DNA from: a virus
DNA length: 64,000 bases
IMG/VR virus record: IMGVR_UViG_3300043410_001242
Strand: one strand, 5' to 3'
Shown here: positions 35,617-47,400 of the stretch, piece by piece
Layout of the letters: each line of letters starts with the position of its first letter
Position numbering within the stretch: the stretch's first letter is position 1
Program-made: the position numbers and the translations under genes
The notes under the pieces: generated by a model
What the model saw: only the letters and a program-made list of their open reading frames with translations
Told to the model about the DNA's origin: nothing
Databases searched by the model: none

Positions 35617-36012
35617 ATGGCAACAACACTACAAAAATTATATTCGGATATAGACCTTAGGTTTATTCCACAGCCAGGAACAAAAGACATAGCTTTAAGT
35701 TATGATGAACAGGCTGTCATAAGGTCTATAAAAAATCTTTTATTAACAAAACCATATGAAAGGTTGTTTCAGCCCACACTGGGGTCAAACATTGACAACT
35801 TACTTTTTGAACCAGTTACTCCACTAACTGCAAGTTTGTTGAGAGATGAAATAACAAGAACCATAAACAACTTTGAACCTAGAGCCACAATCGCAAGTAT
35901 TGATATTGTTGATTATGCTGAACAAAATGGTTACAAAGTCTCTCTGTTTTTCTATATCTTGAATAGAACAGAACCAACGGGTGTTAGTTTGGTATTAAAA
36001 CGTTCACGATAA
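35617..36012 (+). CDS. gp25: baseplate wedge subunit (gp25-like)
   Basis: YSDIDL, AVIRSIKNLLLT..YERLFQP.LGS, LFEP, FEPRA. Confidence 0.93.
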   Translation: MATTLQKLYSDIDLRFIPQPGTKDIALSYDEQAVIRSIKNLLLTKPYERLFQPTLGSNIDNLLFEPVTPLTASLLRDEITRTINNFEPRATIASIDIVDYAEQNGYKVSLFFYILNRTEPTGVSLVLKRSR

Positions 36013-36062
36013 TACCCAGGCATCATAATAAATATAAAAAAATAAACAAAAAGGTTCAATAA

Positions 36063-38150
36063 ATGGCCGGAGCTAATTCACAAACATCCCTTGTCGGGTT
36101 AGATTTTGATACAATAAAATCAAATCTAAAAACATTCTTGAAATCTCAGGACACCTTTAAGGATTATAATTTTGAAGGTTCTGGCCTATCAGTATTGCTT
36201 GATGTACTAGCATATAATACACAATACAATTCATTCTATCTTAATATGGTAGCAAATGAAATGTTTTTGGATACTGCACTACAGAGATCTTCTGTGGTAT
36301 CTCATGCTAAATTATTGAATTATACACCAAGATCATCAACATCACCATCTGCTTTTGTTGATGTTATAGTCAACAATGTTACATCAGGAAGTTTAACTCT
36401 TCCTGCATATACCAATTTTATGTCAGAGTCTATTGATGGTGTAAATTATAATTTTGTTACAGCAAACAGTATAACCATTAATGCTAATACCACAAGCAAC
36501 ACGGTTACATTCACTAACGTAGAATTAAAACAGGGTATTCCTTCTACATTCTCTTATGTTGTAAACTCAACCAGCAACCCTAATTATATTTTTGAAATAC
36601 CAGACAACAATGTAGATACAAATACAATACGTGTTACTGTAGGTGAATCATCTTCAAACACTTATTATGAAACATATGTAAAGTCCTCTTCTTTCTTGTC
36701 TCTAAATTCAGACAGTAAGATATACTTTATACAAGAAGCTATAAATGGAAACTATGAGATATATTTTGGAAATGGAGTTCTTGGTAAGAAACTCAAAGAC
36801 GGGAACATAGTAAGTATATCATATATTACAACACAAGGCAATATGTCCTCAGGAGCAAATAACTTTGTACTGATGGATAATATCAGTGGTTTTTCTTCCG
36901 TTACGGTAAATGGAAAAATTGCCGCATATCAAGGTTCAGAGAAAGAATCAATTGATTCAATTAAGTTGCAGGCACCAAAGTCTTTCGCAGCACAGAATCG
37001 TGGAGTCACCAAGAACGACTACATCACGCTGTTGCAACAAAACAGTGTTGGTGTAACCTTCGATGCGGTTAACGTCTGGGGTGGTGAGGAGAACGATCCT
37101 CCTGTCTATGGTCAGGTGTTCGTATGTTTCAAACCATCAGGCGCATACACACTGACAGAAACACAGAAGCAGAAACTAATCAATGACGTTATCAAGCCAA
37201 TCTCGGTTGTTACTGTTGAACCAAAGATCGTTGATCCTGATTACACATTCATTAAAATAAATGCAAATGTTGTATACGATCCGTCTAAAACCAATCTGTT
37301 GCCTAGTCAAATAGAAGAACTTGTAAAGGAAACTATTACAAATTTCGGTTCTTTCACGTTGAATAGTTTCAATTCAACCTTCATGTCAAGTGAATTGACA
37401 ACCGAAATAAAACTATCACACCCATCCATTGTGACAAGTGAGTTGTCTATACAATTGCAGAAGAAATTCTATCCCAATCTGACAACACCAACAACATATA
37501 ACTTCTATTTTGGTACAGAGTTGGATAGAGGTATGTTCCAGAGTTCGATTGGAAGTTATCCATCAGCTCAATTCAGAGATCCATTAAACTTTAACACAAT
37601 CGTTAATGGTGTATACATTGAAGAATTACCTTCATCTACTGGTGGTGTCGAATCAATATCAATTCTGAACCCAGGGTTTGGTTATCAATATCCACCAACA
37701 GTGACAATTTTGGGTGACGGTCAAGGTGCAACGGCGAATGCTGTTATCAATACAAGTGGACAGATTAGAAGAATTGACGTTACAAATTCAGGCAATAACT
37801 ATACAAGTGCTATACTGTCGATAACACCTTCAACATATGACACCACAGGAAGAAATGCAGCTGGTGTTGTTAATCTGGAAGGAAGATACGGTACACTCAG
37901 AAGTTTCTATAACAACTCTCGTTTTGTGAAAACTGTATTCAAGAATAATGTTGGAACAATAGATTACAATCAAGGTATTATCACTCTCAATTCTTTTGAT
38001 CCAATACAGATTGATAATCCATTGGGTCAATTAACATTATCAGTTAAACCTAAATCAACCATATTATCCTCTTCATATAATAGAATACTATCTTTAGATC
38101 CTTTCGATCCAAATGCAATAACTGTTAATATCATTGCTAAGACTCAATAA
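36063..38150 (+). CDS. gp6: baseplate wedge subunit (gp6-like)
   Basis: LDFDTIKSNLK, DYNFEGSGLSVLLDVLAYNT, AQNRGVTKNDY, WGGEENDPP.YG. Confidence 0.95.
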   Translation: MAGANSQTSLVGLDFDTIKSNLKTFLKSQDTFKDYNFEGSGLSVLLDVLAYNTQYNSFYLNMVANEMFLDTALQRSSVVSHAKLLNYTPRSSTSPSAFVDVIVNNVTSGSLTLPAYTNFMSESIDGVNYNFVTANSITINANTTSNTVTFTNVELKQGIPSTFSYVVNSTSNPNYIFEIPDNNVDTNTIRVTVGESSSNTYYETYVKSSSFLSLNSDSKIYFIQEAINGNYEIYFGNGVLGKKLKDGNIVSISYITTQGNMSSGANNFVLMDNISGFSSVTVNGKIAAYQGSEKESIDSIKLQAPKSFAAQNRGVTKNDYITLLQQNSVGVTFDAVNVWGGEENDPPVYGQVFVCFKPSGAYTLTETQKQKLINDVIKPISVVTVEPKIVDPDYTFIKINANVVYDPSKTNLLPSQIEELVKETITNFGSFTLNSFNSTFMSSELTTEIKLSHPSIVTSELSIQLQKKFYPNLTTPTTYNFYFGTELDRGMFQSSIGSYPSAQFRDPLNFNTIVNGVYIEELPSSTGGVESISILNPGFGYQYPPTVTILGDGQGATANAVINTSGQIRRIDVTNSGNNYTSAILSITPSTYDTTGRNAAGVVNLEGRYGTLRSFYNNSRFVKTVFKNNVGTIDYNQGIITLNSFDPIQIDNPLGQLTLSVKPKSTILSSSYNRILSLDPFDPNAITVNIIAKTQ

Positions 38151-41100
38151 TGGATATTGTAAAAACTTCACTCTTAGTACCTTCACAGTTACCTGAGTTT
38201 ATCAGGGACGATGAAAATTATTCCAATTTTGAACTGTTCCTCAAATCATATTATGAGTGGATGGAACAGGCCAATAATGTTCTGGGGTACTCAAAGAATT
38301 TATTATCTTATCAAGATATTGATGAATCATCAAACACATTTTTAAATTACTATGTTGGTGATTTTCTTCAGTACTTTCCTAAAGACTCTCTGATTTCACA
38401 AGAAACTGCATTAAAGGCTGGGAGAGAATTATACCAATCAAAAGGAACTCCAGCAGCATATCAATTCTTGTTTAAGGTCCTTTTTGATTCTGAGTTTGAT
38501 ATATTCTATACCAAAGAAGCTGTACTGAAAGCATCAGCAGGAAATTGGTATGTTGCTAAGAGTCTAAAGTTATCAACAAATGACTATCGATTCTTAAACA
38601 TAAACAATTATAGAATCTTTGGCGAGTCTTCAAAATCTATTGCTACCATTGAAAGTTCTGTTATTGTTGGTAACAAAATTGAAGTATTCATTTCCAACAT
38701 CGAAAGATTGTTTGAGTCGGGTGAATTTGTTAGAGTTCTTGACAATAGAAATCAAGATGTAACAATAGACGGACAATTATTAAGAGCTAAGATCGTAGGC
38801 CAGGTAAGTCAGGTCAATATTGATCCTAAAAACAGAGGTTTACAATACGTTGTAGGTGACCCTGTAATCGTCTATGGTGGTCTGAATGATGCGAATGGTG
38901 TTGGTGCTATAGCAAGAGTTAAAGAAACCACAACGGGTTCTATTGAAAGAATTAACGTAATTAGTGGTGGGTTTGGTTACAGATTAAACCCAAACACAAA
39001 GATCAATATCACACCAACTAATGGTGCAGCGGCACATGTATTCTCTTATGATCCTGATCCTAAGAATACAGCTAACGTAAACTTTGCATGTAATAATAGT
39101 ATAACTTTCTCAAGATATACCACCATAGGCAATACAGTATATTCTTTTTTTGATCTGAAACCAGGCGCAAATGCAAACACAAGATTGGTTGATGCTCTAA
39201 CCTTTGAATCATTCATAACATACCCAATATCATCAGTAAGATTGGATAATGGTGGTGGTGGATTTGCACAGACTCCACAAATTACAGCAACCTCTATATA
39301 CAAAACCAATAATGATGCTGATATTGATATCAGTTCTTTGGGTATCCTTGGACCTATACAGATAATAAACCCAGGTTTAGGTTATGTTGCAAACGATAAG
39401 ATTAGATTCTCGGGTGGTTATGGTTATGGTGCATACGGAAATGTAAAGACGGTCTCAGCAAACGGTCAGATATTGTCAGTAGAATATATTCAATCTACAG
39501 ACGGAATATATCCACTGGGTGGAATGGGATATAAACTCAGTTCATTACCAACATTAAACGTGGAGTCTTCCAACGTTCTTGCATCAAATGCATCTCTTGT
39601 TGTCACCTCAATCTTAGGTGATGGTGCCGTGATGGTTCCAATCGTAAACAGAGTTGGTTCCATCAGCACAATAGAACTTGTTGAAAATGGCGAAGACTAT
39701 TCAAGTACACCTAATGTATCATTGAAGGTTCAAGATATTGTTGTGTCGAATGTATTCATCTCCAATCTTCCTAAGAAAGATGATATCATATACCAGGGTG
39801 ACAGTTTATCTCTGTCAACTTATCAAGCAACAGTTAACTCCATTTCTCTGTTGACACCATATTCTGATCCACAACAGTCACTTTATAATCTGAGAGTGTT
39901 TAATTACAACACCAATCCAGATACAAATAAAGAATTGAAGATTGATAGTAGAGGTATCGGCCTGGTTATGGCTAATACCAAATATAGTTCTGACTATAAT
40001 ACTTTTGGTGTAAGAAACTACGGTGACGGATCAGCAAAGGCAACAGCATCATTCTTGAACGGTCTTGTTATCGGTCAAGGAACATACTTAAGTAAACGTG
40101 GCCACCTGAGTTCATTCAACGTACTACAGGATGAAAACTATAACAATTACACCTATCAGATAACTGTTAAAAAGGAAATTGCAAAGTATAGAGAAGTATT
40201 ACTGAATCTTCTGCACCCAGCAGGAACAAAAGTTATTGGTAGATACTCATCCAAATCAAATTCAAGTTTCAATCTAGAAAGTTCAACAAGTTACTTTGAT
40301 GGATTACCATTGAAGGCATACACAAATTATCCAGCATCGTCATTATCAATGACAGTGCCTATCATTGACAGAACAAATATTCTATTGTACTCTGAACAAA
40401 TTGATAATGCAGTTTGGACAAAAGAAGGATCTATCACAGTATCTGCAAACAGCAGCATCTCTCCTGATGGAAGAACTACAGCCGACTTGGTGACTTCTGG
40501 TTATAATGAAAGTGTATCTCAAACGATTAGTGTTGACAGTGGAAACACATACACTGTTTCTGTATACGTCAAAGCACCGGAATTTACCTTAACTGTTGCA
40601 ACACTTGATCTACAATTCTCAGACACATCAAACGGTTCTATTGCTTATATTGATTCAAATACGCAATCAGGAAATGTAATAAGTACCTCTAATGTATTAA
40701 GTTCGGGTACGATTAGTTCTGGTGATGGATGGTATAGAATGTGGATGACTTATATACCCACATCAAACACAATAACATTAAATACAAAATCATTAACTCT
40801 CGGAGTATCCGAATATAATGTTTGGGGATTCCAAGTAGAGAAATCTAATGTATTGACCAGTTATATTCCAACAACTGCAAATTCAGTAACATATGGACCT
40901 GATATTTGGCAAGTTGTCAAGAGTAATAACACAATTGTTTTCGATAATCTGGCTGGTGCAAATATTGCAAACATTGTTTTTGCAAATAACACAATAGTAG
41001 AAGCACAACCAACAAACGGACCTTACATAAGTTCTGTTGTGGACTCGGTTGACTATACCACAAATACTGCTATATTGAAAACCAACACTTGGTTGTTCTT

Positions 41101-41485
41101 TGCAAATGTAGCAACAGTTAGTGGTAATGTAGGTTCAAACGTAATAAATATTAAAACAGTAACCAACTCATATAATATTATCAACAATGGTGTATACTCT
41201 AACCCATTGTATCCGGTAACTGATATTGTGTTTGTTGGAGATACAGTTGTTATAGCCAATAACTCACAGAGAACTGTAAATCATGTAGATTATATTAACA
41301 ACATGATTTACCTGGATTCAAATTTAACAAGCAATGTTTCTTCTTACCTATCAGTTAGAAGAACCTTAAACACAACAAACGTAAACATTTGGGGTCCTGT
41401 AGGAACAATTTACTATCCAGAATTGACTACAGAAGATGGCCGCAACCTAGTAACAGAAGACGATAGAATTATTATCCTGGGGTAA
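38150..41485 (+). CDS. baseplate wedge initiator (gp7-like) with inserted carbohydrate-binding-like module
   Basis: QLPEFIR, FLKSYYEWME, YQSKGT, QDENYNNYTY, LLHPAGTK; located between gp6 and gp8. Confidence 0.75.
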   Translation: MDIVKTSLLVPSQLPEFIRDDENYSNFELFLKSYYEWMEQANNVLGYSKNLLSYQDIDESSNTFLNYYVGDFLQYFPKDSLISQETALKAGRELYQSKGTPAAYQFLFKVLFDSEFDIFYTKEAVLKASAGNWYVAKSLKLSTNDYRFLNINNYRIFGESSKSIATIESSVIVGNKIEVFISNIERLFESGEFVRVLDNRNQDVTIDGQLLRAKIVGQVSQVNIDPKNRGLQYVVGDPVIVYGGLNDANGVGAIARVKETTTGSIERINVISGGFGYRLNPNTKINITPTNGAAAHVFSYDPDPKNTANVNFACNNSITFSRYTTIGNTVYSFFDLKPGANANTRLVDALTFESFITYPISSVRLDNGGGGFAQTPQITATSIYKTNNDADIDISSLGILGPIQIINPGLGYVANDKIRFSGGYGYGAYGNVKTVSANGQILSVEYIQSTDGIYPLGGMGYKLSSLPTLNVESSNVLASNASLVVTSILGDGAVMVPIVNRVGSISTIELVENGEDYSSTPNVSLKVQDIVVSNVFISNLPKKDDIIYQGDSLSLSTYQATVNSISLLTPYSDPQQSLYNLRVFNYNTNPDTNKELKIDSRGIGLVMANTKYSSDYNTFGVRNYGDGSAKATASFLNGLVIGQGTYLSKRGHLSSFNVLQDENYNNYTYQITVKKEIAKYREVLLNLLHPAGTKVIGRYSSKSNSSFNLESSTSYFDGLPLKAYTNYPASSLSMTVPIIDRTNILLYSEQIDNAVWTKEGSITVSANSSISPDGRTTADLVTSGYNESVSQTISVDSGNTYTVSVYVKAPEFTLTVATLDLQFSDTSNGSIAYIDSNTQSGNVISTSNVLSSGTISSGDGWYRMWMTYIPTSNTITLNTKSLTLGVSEYNVWGFQVEKSNVLTSYIPTTANSVTYGPDIWQVVKSNNTIVFDNLAGANIANIVFANNTIVEAQPTNGPYISSVVDSVDYTTNTAILKTNTWLFFANVATVSGNVGSNVINIKTVTNSYNIINNGVYSNPLYPVTDIVFVGDTVVIANNSQRTVNHVDYINNMIYLDSNLTSNVSSYLSVRRTLNTTNVNIWGPVGTIYYPELTTEDGRNLVTEDDRIIILG

Positions 41486-41488
41486 TCA

Positions 41489-43087
41489 ATGTCAACAGTT
41501 AAAATTTCACAGTTATCAGAGATAACTCATTTAAACACAAACACAGCCAACACACTAATTGTTGGTGTTGACATTCCATCAGGTGTCACTGGTAAAATAA
41601 CAGCCACAACACTAGCACATGGACTGTACTCACACAATCCATTAAATGTGGGAAATAATGAAATTCTATTTCCAGACACAGTAGGTCAATTTTCAGGTAA
41701 TAGTTCAAATTACCTACAAGTTAATTTGCAAAACTTTGATGCAAACGGAACTGCTGACTATATTGTTACTGCTGACTTGGGTAATGATGTAACAAGTTAC
41801 ATTGATATGGGTATAACCAATTCAGAATACTCAAATACAAATCCCTTTAACAGTCTAGGAACAGCAATAGAACAGCTCAGTGGTTACCTTTATGTTAAAG
41901 GAAATACTGCGGGTGGAAACCTAGTTATTGGTGTTACTGATCCTAACAGAGAAATACGTTTTATTTCTGGTGGTATAGATAAAGAGAATGTAATATACAC
42001 AATCTCAAACACTGGAATTATATTAAATAACAACAGCAATATCAAGTTTAAAGATTCATCACAACAAGATACGGCTGCGGCACCAGCAAATTATACACAA
42101 TCTGCATTTGACAAGGCAAACACAGTAAACACATATGCTTACTCAGCCAATACCTGGTTGCAAGCAAACACTGGTTCTGCCTTGGCCGCAGCAAAAGTAT
42201 ACACAGATACCGCAAACACTTATATTCAATCAAAATACCTTGCAAACAATTCAGGCGCTTTGTTCAATGGTGTATTAAACATTGGCGACAAACTAAATGT
42301 TAATGGTTCTGTGATTCTTGCAAATACTAATTTCTCTGCAACTCAAGCAGCATTCACCATAGCAGCATGTCCTATTGGTGATATTCAAACACCATCAAAT
42401 GATGGTTATATGATACATATATCTGGTAAACAGAATGTTGCATCTAGATTAGTTATCGATTCATTTGGTGCAAACACTTATGGTCTACTTGCGGGAAGAA
42501 CTGCAAGAGGTACTCCTACTGCACCACAAGCTGTTGCAAATAATGATATTCTATTAAGAATGTCTGGTAATGGTTACGGTTCTACTCAGTTTGCACCACT
42601 AGGTATTGCAAGAATTGATATTGTCGCATCAGAAACTTATACTGATGCGACAAGGGGTTCTAGAATTGAGTTCTGGAACATTCCAAATGGTTCCAATACA
42701 CTCAACAGAATAGCAACATTCAATGGTGAATCTGTAGAATTTACTGGTCATGTAGAGCCTAAGAAAGGTTTTGTATTAACACCAAATGTTATCTCTGGTT
42801 CTACAACAACTCTTAATATAGATATTGCAAACAACTCACTATATAAATGCAGTAGTACTGGTGGTTTGACCGTTAATTTAAGTGGGTTCCAGTTTGGTAA
42901 AGTTGTTGAATTGTGGTTTGTTAATACTGCTGGTTCAACACAGACGGTAACTCATGGTTGTTATTCTAATAACTCTACCATTAACTCAACATCATTCTCA
43001 ATGCCTGCATCAAGTTCTGCATATCTAAGATACTTCAGTATTAATGGTGACTTAGCTAACACTTATGTATCAATTCAACACGCATAA
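41489..43087 (+). CDS. baseplate-attached fibre/structural protein
   Basis: N-terminal VKISQL motif; Asn/Thr/Ser-rich beta-structure. Confidence 0.65.
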   Translation: MSTVKISQLSEITHLNTNTANTLIVGVDIPSGVTGKITATTLAHGLYSHNPLNVGNNEILFPDTVGQFSGNSSNYLQVNLQNFDANGTADYIVTADLGNDVTSYIDMGITNSEYSNTNPFNSLGTAIEQLSGYLYVKGNTAGGNLVIGVTDPNREIRFISGGIDKENVIYTISNTGIILNNNSNIKFKDSSQQDTAAAPANYTQSAFDKANTVNTYAYSANTWLQANTGSALAAAKVYTDTANTYIQSKYLANNSGALFNGVLNIGDKLNVNGSVILANTNFSATQAAFTIAACPIGDIQTPSNDGYMIHISGKQNVASRLVIDSFGANTYGLLAGRTARGTPTAPQAVANNDILLRMSGNGYGSTQFAPLGIARIDIVASETYTDATRGSRIEFWNIPNGSNTLNRIATFNGESVEFTGHVEPKKGFVLTPNVISGSTTTLNIDIANNSLYKCSSTGGLTVNLSGFQFGKVVELWFVNTAGSTQTVTHGCYSNNSTINSTSFSMPASSSAYLRYFSINGDLANTYVSIQHA

Positions 43088-43095
43088 TAAAAACT

Positions 43096-44460
43096 ATGGC
43101 AAATAAACAACTCTTGACATACGGATCAAAATTATTTTCTGTAGAAAGTGTGTACTTCTCACCGGTTGTTACCATTCCTCCAGAATATAAAATTATTTCA
43201 TCTCTGTACTTTTTCCTATCAAAAGTACAACCATGGGATGATGATAATGATCCTGAAGCACCAAGACAAGATCAAAAATATTTAAAACAAGTTGCAAAAA
43301 ATATTTTTATTGTTAAGCACATCACATCAGGTGATATTTCTCCTGTAATCAAAAGAATAGATTGGGAATCAGGATCAATTTATGATTATTATCGTGATGA
43401 CATTGATATGTTTCAAGAAGACGAGAATGGTTATCCTGTATTGAGTTATTATGTCAGAAACAGATACGATCAGATTTTTAAATGTCTTTGGAACAACAAC
43501 AATTCTGCATCAACAGTAGAACCATACTTTGAACCAGGCACATATGGAACAAACAACATATTCTCCGGTGCCGACAATTACAAGTGGAAATATATCTACA
43601 CGATTGATACTGCACTTAAAAATAGGTTCATGGATACCACCTGGATTCCTGTTCCTGCTACAAAAGGAACTGTTAATCCACTTGCATCTGCTGCAGGTTA
43701 CGGTAATATTGATGTAATCAATGTGACAAATGGTGGTTCTGGGTACGATCCCGCAAATGCAATCATAACCGTAGCGGTCACTGGAGACGGTTTAGGTGCA
43801 ACCGGTACTGCATATTCATCAAACGGATCTATAACCAAGATTGAAGTCAATACTACTGGTGCAAACTATACCTATGCAAACGTTTCGATAAGTTCTTCTA
43901 GAGGTACAGGTGCAGTAGCTATCGCGCCAGTATCACCTATCGGTGGCCACGGTTTTGAAATTGAATCTGAATTAGGATGTTCCCATGTTATGATTACTTC
44001 ACAATTCAATGGTTCAGAATCGGGGCAACTACCAACTGATATGAGTTTCCACCAGGTTGGAATAATAAACAGTCCGGTAACCATCAGTTCTCCAAATAGT
44101 ATTGCAAATGGAGCAATATACAAAACAACAACAGACTTAATTGTTTCTTCCGGTTTCGGTCTCTATCAAAGTAATGAATATGTCTATCAGGGAAATAGTA
44201 TAACAGACTACAGTTTTATTGGAAAAATTTTAAGTTTTGATCCAGCATCCAATGTTATTAAGTTAATAAATACACAAGGAACATTAATTATCAATGCTCC
44301 TGTTTTTGGTGAATCTTCCAAAACTACAAGAACATTGTTGTCATATAACACTCCCGAATTTGTAACATTGTCTGGAAACATTTTCTATCTAGAAAATAGA
44401 TCCGCAGTTCAAAGAAGTAGTGATGGCATAGAACAATTTAAAGTCGTACTAAGATACTAA
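43096..44460 (+). CDS. gp8: baseplate wedge subunit (gp8-like)
   Basis: RIDWESG.IYDYY, FKCLWN, YKWKYIY, GGHG...ELG, ENRSAVQRS. Confidence 0.88.
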   Translation: MANKQLLTYGSKLFSVESVYFSPVVTIPPEYKIISSLYFFLSKVQPWDDDNDPEAPRQDQKYLKQVAKNIFIVKHITSGDISPVIKRIDWESGSIYDYYRDDIDMFQEDENGYPVLSYYVRNRYDQIFKCLWNNNNSASTVEPYFEPGTYGTNNIFSGADNYKWKYIYTIDTALKNRFMDTTWIPVPATKGTVNPLASAAGYGNIDVINVTNGGSGYDPANAIITVAVTGDGLGATGTAYSSNGSITKIEVNTTGANYTYANVSISSSRGTGAVAIAPVSPIGGHGFEIESELGCSHVMITSQFNGSESGQLPTDMSFHQVGIINSPVTISSPNSIANGAIYKTTTDLIVSSGFGLYQSNEYVYQGNSITDYSFIGKILSFDPASNVIKLINTQGTLIINAPVFGESSKTTRTLLSYNTPEFVTLSGNIFYLENRSAVQRSSDGIEQFKVVLRY

Positions 44461-44469
44461 GGTAAAGAA

Positions 44470-47400
44470 ATGGCACTGAATTTTAACGTTGATCCGTATT
44501 ACGATGATTTCGACGCATCTAAAAACTTTCACAGAATATTGTTTAAGCCTGGTGTCGCAGTTCAAGCCAGAGAATTAACACAATCACAGTCTATTCTGCA
44601 AGATCAGATAACAAAATTTGCAGATAACATATTCAAACAAAATTCTCCAGTAACTGGTGGACAAGTTACAACAAACTTCAGTTGTTACTATATTAAACTG
44701 AAGTCAACATATAATGAAATTTCGTTTGACGTTACTGACTTTGATGGTCTTTTAGTACAAAATAGTACTGGTTCTGTAAGGGCCCGAGTTCTCGCAACTT
44801 CACCTTCAACAGGTGATGGTGGTGACCCACCAACACTGGTAGTATCTTACCTAACGCAAGGTCGTTTCGTTGATAATGATATCATCTATGATACAAATTC
44901 AAATCTTGCAGCACAAGCAGTAGAAACTGAATCTACTGGCCTTAGTTCAACTGCATCTATTTCAAGAGGCGTTTTCTATACCTTAGGAAATTTTGTACAA
45001 GTAAACGAATCTACTGTTATTCTATCGAAGTATGATAACACACCAACACTTAGAGTTGGTTTAACAATCACAGAAAGCAATGTAGATTACATTGACGATC
45101 CATCACTTCTTGATCCTGCAATCGGTGAATCCAACTATCAGGCACCAGGTGCAGACCGTTACCTAATCTCACTGAAACTTGATTCCAGACCTATCCAGTT
45201 TGGTGATGATGCGGACTTCATCGAACTTGTCCGTATCGAGGAGGGTTCTGTATACAAAATGGTCGATGGTTCCGTTTATGCAACCATTGACGATTACTTT
45301 GCAAAAAGAGACTATGAAACCAATGGTGATTATGTAGTAAATGACTTCAAGTTAACACCAAAAACGGATACTGCTAACAGTCAGAACTACATCATGAGTG
45401 TTGGTAAAGGTCTGGCATATGTGCATGGTTATCGTGTTGAGAATCCTGCTCCTATTGATATCACATCACCAAGAGCAAGAACACAGGAATCACAGAACAA
45501 CAATCCAGTTTACATCAATTACGGAAATTATCTGTATGTAAATAACGTTAGAGGCAATACCTCATTCTATGATGTAACTACTTCAGAATCTGTAGATATT
45601 CACTGTGTACCATACGAACACATTTCAACAAGCACACAGACTGCATATAACTCAACAGTAATTGGGGTAGCTAGAATAAGAAATTTTGAGTTTGACACCT
45701 CACTTGGTTCATATTCAAACACTGCATCTTACATATACAAGGCGTATATACATGATGTACAAACATATTCACTATCAGCTAACGTAGTATCTGCCACATC
45801 CAACTCAGTTGTATTGGCGACAAATTCTTCTTCTGCAAACGGTGCATATGTTGGTGTCAACATAACCATTTCAAAAGGAACAAATGCTGGCGACTATCGT
45901 TACATAACCAGTTATGATGCTGTTACCAGAACTGCAACCCTTAACCAAAACTGGACTGTTGTACCAGATTCAACATCAGTATATATTCTAGACTTTGATA
46001 TTAAAGATGCAGAATCTGTTGTAACTGCAACCAAAACATCAACACCTTATCTGTTACAGTCAAGATCAAATATTGCAACAAGTGGTAAGACTGGAAATGT
46101 GGCCAGTGGAGACACCATATTAGAGAATCCACTTGTACCAGAATTGATCTTCAATGTTGGAAATCAATATGTATCATCAATAACAGATACATCATACACC
46201 ACAACACAAGAATTTAGAAACATTGCTTTCACAAGTACTGGTGTTGGTTCAATTTCAGCACAATTAAACTATGAAGGTGAATATCTAAATATCATTAGAC
46301 ACCTTGGAACACCAGGAACAACTCTATCAAATGACCTGGTAAGACAAAACTATACCATTGTCTGTGTCAACAAGGGTTCTAATTCAACAATCAATGTTGG
46401 TGATGTCATTCCTTGGACCACACCAAATAGATCAGTAACACTTGATGATGATGCATCTATTGCAACATTCACTTCAAATGATCTTTCACCATTCACTGCA
46501 ACCGTGATCGCAAAGGTGTTTGTGGAAAATGGTAATGACACCTCACACATTCTGAAGATTAAAAACTACATTAAGGCAAACGGTGCAACCATCGTCACCA
46601 ACGGAACTCAAGTAAATGTAAACACATATGTTGATGATACTCCATTAACATCTTCAGGTCAAGTTTACATTAAACAAGCAGGCCTTGTTGATCCTGGCAG
46701 AAAACAATCATTGTATCTATCTGACGTTAAAGAAGTTGTTAGAATCATAGACACACTGAGTGTTGATAATTTGCCAACTGTAGAGATGGTAAACAGTCCA
46801 CTATATGACATTACCAACAATTACATATTCAATAACGGCCAAACCGATACGTTCTATGACCATGCATATCTGACTTTAAGACCGGGCGCAAGTCAACCAA
46901 AAGGTAACATACTGGTGTTCGTGAATTACTACCAACATTCTGGTGGTGATGGTTACTTCAGTAAGTTATCTTATATTGATAATGCGACTCTAAATGATGA
47001 TTACAAGAATCTTCCTGTTTACAGAAGTACTAGTGGTAAGGCATACAATCTGAGAGACTGTATTGATTTCAGACCAAGCAGAACAAATGCAACTACAGAT
47101 TTTGTATTGAGAACATCAAATCCAGGTGACACCACAAAGAAAGGAACATACATTCCTTCTGACACAACAGTATTCACTTGTGATTATGCATATTATCTGG
47201 GAAGAAAGGATAAATTGATTTTAACTAAAGACCGTTCGATACAGATTATCGAAGGTTCTCCTTCTTTAACTCCTGTTCCACCAGCAGAACCTGATGCATC
47301 TCTTGTAATTGCAATTCTGACACACAATCCATACACTGGGTATCTACCTTCTGAAACCAGTCCTAGAGGTCTTCCAGACCTATCTGTTGACAAGGTTCAA

